A program made the position numbers and the translations under genes. Source: an uncultured Methylomirabilota bacterium (GTDB lineage: Bacteria; Methylomirabilota; Methylomirabilia; Methylomirabilales; 2-02-FULL-66-22). Taken from it: a stretch of DNA of 64,000 bases. A model generated the notes under the pieces. That model did not search any database, was not told the origin of the DNA, and worked only from the letters and a program-made list of their open reading frames with translations. Below are positions 37,331 to 48,260 of this stretch, in pieces (positions within the stretch are counted from its first letter, which is position 1; the number at the start of each line of letters is the position of its first letter). The stretch is taken from the NCBI GenBank assembly GCA_963845565.1, contig CAWJSJ010000005.1, positions 480,001 to 544,000 on the forward strand. The letters run 5' to 3'.

Positions 37331-37807
37331 TTAGGCCTTGCCTTGCCAGGAACCGTACACGCTGGAGTAGCCGACGCCGCCGTCGACGGTTTCGGCCGGC
37401 ACGCCCGTGAGGGGCACGAAGCCTGTCGCCGGGCAGTCCGCGCCAGCCGCGGTCGGGCCCTTGCTGCAGACTGCCATCTCACCCTGCGTGGCCGGGGTGG
37501 CGGTGCTGGCGAATGCCGCCGAATAAGACCACGGGCCATTCCACGGATCGTTGTTCCCGATGTTGGCATAGCTGGAATCGCGCAGCTGCTTCATGGTGCC
37601 GGGGTTCTGGTTCTTGTCGTTCGAGTACACGATGGCCTGGGTGACCGCTGTCTTGGTGTCGGACGCCGCCCGCGCGTACTTCGATTTCTTCTGCGCCGAG
37701 AGCAGGTTCGGGATGGCGATGGCGGCCAGGATGCCGATGATCGCCACGACGATCAAGAGTTCGATGAGGGTAAAGCCCTTGGTCTTCTTCCGGATCAGCT
37801 TCCGCAT
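37331..37807 (-). CDS. pilA: Type IVa major pilin
   Basis: MRKLIRKKTKG|FTLIELLIVVAIIGILAAIAIP class III signal; Cys pair; own promoter and terminator; AGGAGG RBS. Confidence 0.92.
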   Translation of the reverse strand: MRKLIRKKTKGFTLIELLIVVAIIGILAAIAIPNLLSAQKKSKYARAASDTKTAVTQAIVYSNDKNQNPGTMKQLRDSSYANIGNNDPWNGPWSYSAAFASTATPATQGEMAVCSKGPTAAGADCPATGFVPLTGVPAETVDGGVGYSSVYGSWQGKA

Positions 37808-37889
37808 GGCACATCCTCCTTTTTTCGGGTTGGGTTGTGATTCCATCAAGCCACTTTTCGCAATGGAACCTCTGACGGGTTCTCTGGAA

Positions 37890-37905
37890 TGCAGAAGCGG
37901 TGCCA
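37890..37905 (-). promoter_or_regulatory. sigma54 -24/-12 promoter of pilA
   Basis: TGGCAC-CGCTT-CTGCA on minus strand, GG-N10-GC spacing. Confidence 0.82.
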
Positions 37906-38056
37906 TGAGGCTCTCGCTGCCTGATTCGGTTGAGGATTACCGAGAATCCATTTGGAAACAAGGAGTTGCAGATCAGAGAATCGGGAGAGAAAGTCTGCTA
38001 TTCGACGCGTGTGGAAGGCGTGGGAGGGGCAATTGGCTGAAACTTTTTTTCCTCGC

Positions 38057-38071
38057 TGACACGAATTGTCA
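38057..38071. promoter_or_regulatory. Putative PilR upstream activating sequence
   Basis: Palindrome TGACA-CGAAT-TGTCA about 150 bp upstream of the -24 box. Confidence 0.6.
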
Positions 38072-38074
38072 CTC

Positions 38075-40301
38075 TCATGGCTTGCAGGACCCCGGTTCCA
38101 GGGAGGGGGATTCGCTCAGGAGCCACCCCTCCCTGGTGAACCGCGTCACCGTCCGTGCGCATCGGACGGTACGAGCATCCGTTTCCCCGATCTCGACCTC
38201 GTAACGCACGGTCGCCGAACGCTCGCCACCGAGGAGCGAGTGAATCCAGGCCAGGCGGACCGGTTGGGACCCCGTTCCCCAGTCCGGGCGGCGGGTGGGA
38301 TGCAGCAGATAGGTTTCCGCCCGAGCCCAGCCCCCCTCGGCCCAACCGCGCCAAAAGCTCCCGATGACGGCCTCTGGCGACGTCTGCCCCGGGCGATTCG
38401 TGATGGCGCAGATCCCGCGGGTATCCGGCTGCGCGAGCAGGGCTGCGCGGGCGGTGGCGGCCTGCCGACCGGCGGGATCGGCGCCCTGTTCGTACAGGCG
38501 CGCTGCGATGCGACTCATGCGAGCCAAAAGGTACCGATCTCCAGGGGCCAGGCAACGGGCCTCGCTGGTCAGGACCCGTTCCGGAGTGAACAGGGACACG
38601 GCGCGCTCGTACGCGTGTATGCTCTCCGCGGATCTTCCGAGAGACGCCAACGCCTCGACCAGGCCGGCGTGATACGACAGGTGGGCTGCCGGCGCCAGTT
38701 CCACGGCGTGGCGGTACGCGGTCGTTGCCGCCTCCCAGTGGCCTCCGGCCAGCGCCATCTCGCCCACGAGGGCGTGAGCGTTGGGATCCTGCGAGGCACT
38801 CCACAGCGTCCGCTCGGCGGCCGTGAGCGCCGCCTGGGGGTCGCCGGCGCGGAGCCGGGTCCACGCGCCCCAGTAGTGAGCTGAGAAGCTGAGGGGATTG
38901 AGCCACCGTGCGCGAGCCAAGTTCTTCTCGGCGTCCGCCACGTGGCCCGCCGCCAACTCGGTGCGCCCCTGCGCCACCAGCGCGGCGGAACCGTAGCGGG
39001 CGGCCCCGACGCCTGCCACGATTGCCAGCGCCAGCAACACGGCGCCGGTCCGGATCGGGGACATCCGGCGGCGCGGCCGTTCCGTCGAGAGAGGCCGGCT
39101 CCCGGTGGCGGCGAGGCCAAGCAGGACTACGCTCGTGAGCGCGATGGCTGGGAAGCTCCAGTCCAGGTCCACGCCGTTGTGGACCGCAAACGCCACCAGC
39201 GCTGCGATCAGGATCATTCGACGGGAGCGCGCGGTGTGCGCGAGGGGAAGGCGGCCCCCGGCCATCGCGGCGCGCGCCAGGCAGATCAGGAGCGTGAGGC
39301 CCGCGAGGATCGCCACGGCCAGCCCGTATTCCGCCGCGATCTCCAGGTAGAGGTTGTGCGGGTTCTCGCCGCTCGTGTAGGGGAGCGCCTGATAGCGCGT
39401 CAACGCCATCGGGAAAGCTCCTGGCCCGACGCCAAGCCAGGGGTGGTCCCGGATCATGGCCCAGGTCCATTGCAGGATGGACAGACGCCACTGGACCGAG
39501 GTGTCGCCGCCCTCGTTCGGTCCGCCCGGCCAGACGAACCACAAGAGGCCGAGCAGTCGGTGACCCATGAGGTAGATTCCGCCGGCGACGAAAAACGTGG
39601 CAGCGCCTGCCCACAGCCATCGCCGCGCCCACCAGCGCTCCCGCTCCAGCAGCGCCCAGATCAGAATCGCCGACGCATGCCGCCAGCACGGCGCCCCGCG
39701 AGCGCGTGAGGTAGAGGCCGGCGGGAAATAGCGCGCAGCCGACGACCGCCGCGGCCCGCTCCAGCCGACTGCGGTCACCCAGGACCGACGCGACGGCCGC
39801 CCCGCCGGCCAGGAGGAGAAACCCGGCCATGGCATTCGGATAACCAAACGGCCCGACGAGGACCGTGGCGTAAAAGCCGGGCTCGCCTCCATGGAAGTAC
39901 CAGACGATCCCGAGCCCGGTCGCCAACAGCCCCGAGATCAGGCAGGCACCCAGGAGCACCCGCTCCGTCCGCGGATCGTCTCGGACACCGCGCATGGCAA
40001 GGGATCCCGCCACGACATACGCCGAGAGGAGGAGCACGGTTTGGATGGTGCGATCCCAGAGCAGGGTGTGGACCGCCGAGGCGACGACCAGGGATAGAAT
40101 CGCCAGGAACAGCGGCGTCGGCCGGGGTGGCCAGGCTGGGCGCCCCGTCAGGAGTGCCGCCGCTCCAGCCGACGCGAGGACCAGGAGCAGTGTGGCCTGC
40201 CCGGCCGCGGACCGACCGCCGTCCAGCCAGGGCAGCCCGATCAGGAGCGCGGCCATCAGGACGACGGAAAGCGGGATCACGCGAGACTCAGGGGGCGTCA
40301 T
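38075..40301 (-). pseudogene. O-antigen ligase (Wzy_C)/O-oligosaccharyltransferase-like + TPR, frameshifted near 39670
   Basis: Frame 1 gives GPFGYPNAMAG...TRSRGAVLA; a second frame continues ILIWALL...WRLSILQWTWAMIRDHPWLGVGPGAF...NPHNLYLE...HNGVD, then TPRs; span is 1 mod 3. Confidence 0.8.
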
Positions 40302-41688
40302 GATTCCGGTCGCGGTCCTGCCGATCGAGGCCGTACTTCCTCGCCCGATACCGGAAGGAGCGGAAATTGATGCCCAGCAATTGCGCCGCGCGCGTTTGGA
40401 CCCCGCCTGCCTTCTCGAGGGCGTCCCTGAGGAGCGCCTGCTCGATGTCGGCGATCACCTGTTCCAGGTTGAGCCCCTCGGGCGGAACCTCCCATTTCTG
40501 AGGACGGGACGTGGTGGCCGTGTGGAAGATGCTGGCCGGGAGCGTCTCGAGGTGGACCTCGTCGGTGGTCGCAAGCGCCACCGCGCGTTCCATCACGTTC
40601 TCCAGCTCTCGCACATTCCCGGGCCAGGCGTGCGCCAGCAGCGCCTCCATCGCCTCCGGCGCGATGCGCATGGCATGGCGGCCGGCGCGCGCCGCGAAAA
40701 GACTCAGGAAGTTGGTCGCCAGGAGGGGGATGTCTTCGCGACGATCGCGGAGCGGGGGCATCTCGACCGCGATGACGTTGAGACGGTAATACAGATCCTC
40801 CCGGAACGTGCCCATCCGGATGAGCTGGGCCGGGTCCTTGTTGGTGGCGGCGAGGGTGCGGATGTCCGCCTCCAGGTCCTCGGTGCCCCCGACCCGGCGG
40901 AACATATGGTCCTGGAGGAAGCGGAGCAGTTTGACCTGGAGGTTTGGGCTCATCTCGGCCACTTCGTCGAGGAACAGCGTTCCTCCGCGCGCCACCTCGA
41001 CCAAGCCGGCCTTGTGGGCGATGGCGCCGGTGAAGGAGCCCTTGACATGACCGAAGAGCTCGCTCTCCAGGAGTTCCTCCGGGATGGCCCCACAGTTGAT
41101 CGCCACGAAGGGCTTCTCGGCGCGCGGGGAGTTGTAGTGGATGGTCCGGGCCACGAGTTCCTTGCCCGTCCCGCTCTCCCCGGTAATCAGGAGGGACGAA
41201 TCCACCAGAGCCACGCGGCTGATCAGCTTGTACAACTCGACCATCCGGGGGCTCCGACCGATGATCCCGCGAAGTGCGGGCTCGGCGGCGGGCAGGGGGG
41301 AAGCTGTCTGGCTCTCGTGGCGTTCTGCCGCCTCCTCCAGCGCTCGCCGGATGACCAGTTTGATCTCGTCCATCTTGAAGGGTTTGGTGAGGTAGTCGAA
41401 CGCGCCTTGCTTCATGGCCTGGATGGCGGACTCCGAATCGGCGTAGGCGGTGATCATGATCACCGGCGTGGTGAACCCGTGCTCCCGTAATCCGGCCAGC
41501 AAGCCGACTCCATCCAGCCCGGGCATCTTGATATCGGAGATCACGAGATTCGGGGCGCGGTTCATGGCCAGCGCCAAGCCGGTCGCCCCATCCCCGGCGG
41601 TCAGGACCTCGTATCCTTCCTTTTCGAGCAGGATGCGCAAGAGATCGCGCATCCCGGCTTCATCGTCCACGACGAGGATGCGACTCAC
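40288..41688 (-). CDS. pilR: sigma54-dependent response regulator PilR
   Basis: REC (VVDDE, SDIKMP), GESGTGKE, GSFTGA, WPGNVRELEN, Fis HTH; pil context. Confidence 0.92.
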   Translation of the reverse strand: MSRILVVDDEAGMRDLLRILLEKEGYEVLTAGDGATGLALAMNRAPNLVISDIKMPGLDGVGLLAGLREHGFTTPVIMITAYADSESAIQAMKQGAFDYLTKPFKMDEIKLVIRRALEEAAERHESQTASPLPAAEPALRGIIGRSPRMVELYKLISRVALVDSSLLITGESGTGKELVARTIHYNSPRAEKPFVAINCGAIPEELLESELFGHVKGSFTGAIAHKAGLVEVARGGTLFLDEVAEMSPNLQVKLLRFLQDHMFRRVGGTEDLEADIRTLAATNKDPAQLIRMGTFREDLYYRLNVIAVEMPPLRDRREDIPLLATNFLSLFAARAGRHAMRIAPEAMEALLAHAWPGNVRELENVMERAVALATTDEVHLETLPASIFHTATTSRPQKWEVPPEGLNLEQVIADIEQALLRDALEKAGGVQTRAAQLLGINFRSFRYRARKYGLDRQDRDRNHDAP

Positions 41689-41779
41689 GATTCTTCCCTC
41701 ACCCCAGGCCAACGAGAAACGGCCGCCAACCGGTGCCGCGCACGCCCGTTATGGTCGGAGGGGGCGTGCCGCGTGCGGT

Positions 41780-43573
41780 TTACCCTCTGCCGGCGGCTCC
41801 CACGGCGACTGGCGCCTGCCGCAACCAAATGCGAAACGTCGTTCCGGATCCCACCCGGCTCTCCGCCGCCACCTGTCCGCCCATGCTCTCCAGGATCTTC
41901 TTGGCAATGGCCAGGCCCAGCCCGGTTCCCGACGGTCGCGTTGTGAAGAAGGGGTCGAAGATGCGCTGCATCTGTTCCTGGGGGATGCCACGCCCGGTGT
42001 CCTGAAAGGCGATCTCCACCCATTCCGCTTTCGGGCCATCCGCTGGCTGCGGCGTTCCCGGAGCCGCCGCCTCGGGGACAAACGCGTCGGCCGACTGCGG
42101 CGGCGACGGTTCCGGCTGAGGAGATCCCGAGGGCGACAGCCGCACGGTAACCATCAAGCGCCCGCCGTGCGGCATCGCCTGGATCGCGTTGAGACATAGA
42201 TTCCAGACGACTTGCCGGAACTGGTCGGCATCGGCCAGGACGTGCACGTCCGGCACCGCTTCGGCGACATCCCAGGTCGTGTTGGGGTGGCGCTCCCCGC
42301 TTCGGTCCAGCAGGCGAAGTGTCTCTTGTACCAGCGGCCGGACCGCGCAGGGGCGAAACAGCAGAGACTTGGGCTTGGCGAAATCGAGGAACTGGCCGGT
42401 GATCAGTTTGAGGCGATGCGCTTCCCCCAGGACGATTTCTAGGAGCTCCCGATTCGGTCCGACCAGTGCCAGGTCCTCGCGAAGCACTTCCACGGCGCCG
42501 CTGATGGCCGCCAACGGGTTCCGCACCTCGTGGGCGATATTCGCGGCCAGTTGCCCGAGGGCCGCCAGACGATCCGCGCGCCGGAGTTGCTCCTCCACCC
42601 GTTTGCGCTCGGTGAGGTCCTGGAAGATCGCCACCAGGCCGGCTGCCCCGCCGTCGGCGCGTCGCAGGGGAGAGCAAGAGACCCCGACCGGGATGAGGCG
42701 CCCATCCCGCCGTGTGAGGCCGATCTCGGTCAACGGGTTGGCCAGTGGGGCGCCTGGGTTGGCGATGAACTCCGCCAGCGGAGCGCAACTGGCGAAGGGC
42801 GTCTCCTGCCAGGGGCGATCCCGAAGATCGGCAAACGCATACCCGGTGATGCGTTCGGCCGCCTCGTTGAACGAGACCACGCGTCCGGCCAGGTCCAGGG
42901 TCATGAGGCCACTGCTGATATTCGCCACGATGGCCCGGTGCAGCGTTTGGAGGCTCCGAAGATCGAGGCCGCGCCGCTCCAGTTCCTGTCCTGCCTGGCG
43001 CAGCCGATCGGCCAGATGGCTGCTCAAGATGGCGACAGCCAGGAAGGCCACCGTGTGACTCAGGACCTGGTACACGGCGTAACCCACGGACCGGAGCGGC
43101 GCGAGTCCGCCGGCGAACTCCACCGGACGGATGATCCGGGTCCATTCGGCCAGGATCAGCCCGGCGTACAGAAAGCCGCTCACGATGCCGACCGTAAGCC
43201 CCGCGCCCCGTTCCAGCACGTTGGACGCCGCAAAGATCACCAGGATATACATGAAGGGAAACACGGAGTCGAGGCCACCGGTGAAGTGGACCAACAGGCT
43301 GACCAGGGTGAGATCGAGGGCGCACTGGACGAGGCTCTGAAGGGGCAGCCGCCATTGGCTGCGGAGCGCCACGGCGTACGCCAGGGATAAACCGAAGGTC
43401 ACGCCCAGGATCCCGTAGAGGGGGGCGGTGTGGAAGGGGAGTCGCTCCCGCAGGTCCAGCATGACGGCGGACCCCAAGAGCGCCGACGCCAGGAGGAGCC
43501 GCGCGCCGACTAGCCACTTGAGCTTGGCGAGCAAGCCTGTGGACGCGCGATCCCGTTCGTGCAGAGTGACCAA
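41780..43573 (-). CDS. pilS: Sensor histidine kinase PilS
   Basis: N-terminal TMs with HFTGG, PAS, AHEVRNPL, N/G1/F/G2 boxes. Confidence 0.9.
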   Translation of the reverse strand: MVTLHERDRASTGLLAKLKWLVGARLLLASALLGSAVMLDLRERLPFHTAPLYGILGVTFGLSLAYAVALRSQWRLPLQSLVQCALDLTLVSLLVHFTGGLDSVFPFMYILVIFAASNVLERGAGLTVGIVSGFLYAGLILAEWTRIIRPVEFAGGLAPLRSVGYAVYQVLSHTVAFLAVAILSSHLADRLRQAGQELERRGLDLRSLQTLHRAIVANISSGLMTLDLAGRVVSFNEAAERITGYAFADLRDRPWQETPFASCAPLAEFIANPGAPLANPLTEIGLTRRDGRLIPVGVSCSPLRRADGGAAGLVAIFQDLTERKRVEEQLRRADRLAALGQLAANIAHEVRNPLAAISGAVEVLREDLALVGPNRELLEIVLGEAHRLKLITGQFLDFAKPKSLLFRPCAVRPLVQETLRLLDRSGERHPNTTWDVAEAVPDVHVLADADQFRQVVWNLCLNAIQAMPHGGRLMVTVRLSPSGSPQPEPSPPQSADAFVPEAAAPGTPQPADGPKAEWVEIAFQDTGRGIPQEQMQRIFDPFFTTRPSGTGLGLAIAKKILESMGGQVAAESRVGSGTTFRIWLRQAPVAVGAAGRG

Positions 43574-43587
43574 CGCTGCCCCCTCCG

Positions 43588-43622
43588 AAAAGGAAAACGG
43601 GGGCCGCGTCCAGCGGCCCCCG
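43588..43622 (-). terminator. Terminator-like hairpin between pilC and pilS
   Basis: CGGGGGCCGC/GCGGCCCCCG stem followed by TTTTCCTTTT on the minus strand. Confidence 0.65.
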
Positions 43623-43644
43623 ACAGGTGTCAGGTCCCCACGGG

Positions 43645-44850
43645 CTACTTCCCGACGACCGTCACCAGCTTGAAGATGGGCAGGTACATGGCGATGACCA
43701 CGCCGCCGATCACGACACCCAGGAAGACCATGAGCATCGGCTCCAGGAGCGCGGTAAGGTTGGTCACCGCGGTGTCCACCTCCTCGTCGTAGAAGTCGGC
43801 GATCTTGCCCAGCATGGCGTCCAGGGCGCCCGTTTGCTCGCCCACGGCAATCATCTGGACCACCATCGGGGGGAAGACGCCCGACTCGCGCAAGGGGTCC
43901 GCAATCGTCTTGCCTTCGGCGATAGAGGCGCGGGTCCGGAGAACGGCGGCCTCCACGACCTTGTTGCCCGCCGTGCGGGCCGTGATGTCCAGCCCGTCCA
44001 GGATGGCGACGCCGCTGCTGATCAGCGTGCCCAGCGTCCGGGTGAACTTGGCGACGGCCACCTTGCGGATCAGGATCCCGAAGACCGGTGTCTTGATGAG
44101 GAACGCGTCAATCCGTTTCCTCCCGGCCTCCGTGCCGTACCACCACTTCACCCCCACGATCATTCCCGCGAGGACGGCCAGCCCGACCAGGAAGTAGTCG
44201 CGGACGATGCGGGAGAGTTCCAGCACGATCTGGGTCGGCAGCGGAAGCGCGGCGCCGAACCCCTCAAACATCGCCTTGAAGGTCGGGATGACAAAGACCA
44301 GCAGGAAGATCACGACCACCACCGCCACCGTCACGATGGTGGACGGGTAGATCATGGCCGATTTGACCTTCTTCTTGAGGCTCATCGCCTTTTCCATGTA
44401 CTGGGCCAGCCGGTTCAGGATGGTGTCCAGGATACCGCCCGCCTCGCCCGCCTCCACCATGTTGGCGTAGAGGGAGCTGAAGACCTTGGGGTGCTGCTTG
44501 AGGGCAGCCGCGAAGGTGGCGCCCCCTTCCACGGATTGCCGGATCTCCGTCAGGGTCTTCTTGAAGATCTTGTTCTCTTGCTGCGATGCCAGGATCTCCA
44601 GGCACTGGACCAGCGGCAGGCCGGCGTCGATCATGGTGGCGAACTGGCGCGTGAAGACCACGATCTCCTTCTCTGAGACCTTGTTGCCGATGCCGGGAAT
44701 CGTGATGTCCCTCGGCTTCCCGCGCACGGCGGTGGCGATGACCTGCTGCGAGCGGAGTCGCGCCACCACGGCCTCGCGGTTGGCCGCTTCCATCTCGCCG
44801 GTGATGGTCTGCCCGGCCCGGGTTCTCCCAGTGAAGACAAAGACCGCCAT
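43645..44850 (-). CDS. pilC: Type IV pilus platform protein PilC
   Basis: FTRQFATMIDAGLPL, GEAGGILD, GEQTGALD, MYLPIF. Confidence 0.95.
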   Translation of the reverse strand: MAVFVFTGRTRAGQTITGEMEAANREAVVARLRSQQVIATAVRGKPRDITIPGIGNKVSEKEIVVFTRQFATMIDAGLPLVQCLEILASQQENKIFKKTLTEIRQSVEGGATFAAALKQHPKVFSSLYANMVEAGEAGGILDTILNRLAQYMEKAMSLKKKVKSAMIYPSTIVTVAVVVVIFLLVFVIPTFKAMFEGFGAALPLPTQIVLELSRIVRDYFLVGLAVLAGMIVGVKWWYGTEAGRKRIDAFLIKTPVFGILIRKVAVAKFTRTLGTLISSGVAILDGLDITARTAGNKVVEAAVLRTRASIAEGKTIADPLRESGVFPPMVVQMIAVGEQTGALDAMLGKIADFYDEEVDTAVTNLTALLEPMLMVFLGVVIGGVVIAMYLPIFKLVTVVGK

Positions 44851-44895
44851 TGGCTGTTCCTCCCGTTAGACGTCGGATGCCCGCTCATGCACGGC

Positions 44896-45972
<1,077 letters not shown>

Positions 45973-46012
45973 GTGATGTCGCGCCCCGATTCGGTGTCTG
46001 AAAGCCGTTGGA

Positions 46013-46115
46013 TTAGGAGCCGTTACGAAATACCTTGTCCATTATGTGTAATTTCGTTACGGCTCCTTATGCCGTTTCCGGGATATCTCCGGTCACGTTG
46101 TTCTGTGACAACGGC

Positions 46116-46119
<4 letters not shown>
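46013..46119 (+). repeat. Dispersed double-hairpin repeat, copy E
   Basis: TTAG-GAGCCGTTACGAAAT-N19-ATTTCGTTACGGCTCCTTA...GACAACGGC-TTAG; right TTA is the pilB stop. Confidence 0.9.
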
Positions 46120-47819
<1,700 letters not shown>

Positions 47820-47866
47820 ACCTCTCCTCTGAGTCGCGTGCCACGCATGGGACGAATTAGGCCCTC

Positions 47867-47894
47867 ATGTTAATGATGCCTCCCTGCTTGTCAA
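47867..47894 (-). promoter_or_regulatory. Putative sigma70 promoter of pilB operon
   Basis: TTGACA-16 nt-TAACAT on minus strand. Confidence 0.5.
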
Positions 47895-47917
47895 GGGAAA
47901 TATCCCGCGAGGAGGCG

Positions 47918-48235
47918 CTACGCGGACCGCTCCAGGGCCGGTTCGCATGGCGTCGAGCGGGGCGAGCCGCGGCGGCCGGTCCAGCGCTCGAAGGCCAGCG
48001 CGCCTTGGTGGAGGAGCCTCCCGAGGCCGTTGACCGCGCGACAGCCCCGCCCGCGAGCCGCGGCGAGGAGCGGCGTCTCGGCCGGTCGGTAGATGAGGTC
48101 GACCACTGCCGTGGAAGGGAGAAGTCCTGCCTCGTCGATGAGGGACGGGTCGGTGACGCGGAGACCGAGCGAGGTCGTGTTGACCGCCGGATGCCCCAGG
48201 ACAAACGCCACCCGGGTCCGGCCGTCGATCGACAT
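47918..48235 (-). pseudogene. aroE: Shikimate dehydrogenase remnant with large internal deletion
   Basis: N-terminal IDGRTRVAFVLGHP joined directly to C-terminal VNTTSLGL...VVDLIYRPAETPLL...NGLGRLLHQGALAFERWTG. Confidence 0.8.
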
Positions 48236-48260
48236 GGCGACGCTCCCGGCGCGCGGCGCG

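Noticed and set aside
37331..37807. PilA as an electrically conductive e-pilin
   Set aside because: 12 aromatic residues in 147 (about 8%), and positions 24 and 27 are Leu and Ala rather than the aromatics conserved in Geobacter e-pilins
39660..39680. Programmed frameshift or slipped-strand phase variation at the O-OTase break
   Set aside because: No slippery heptamer, homopolymer run or tandem repeat at the junction
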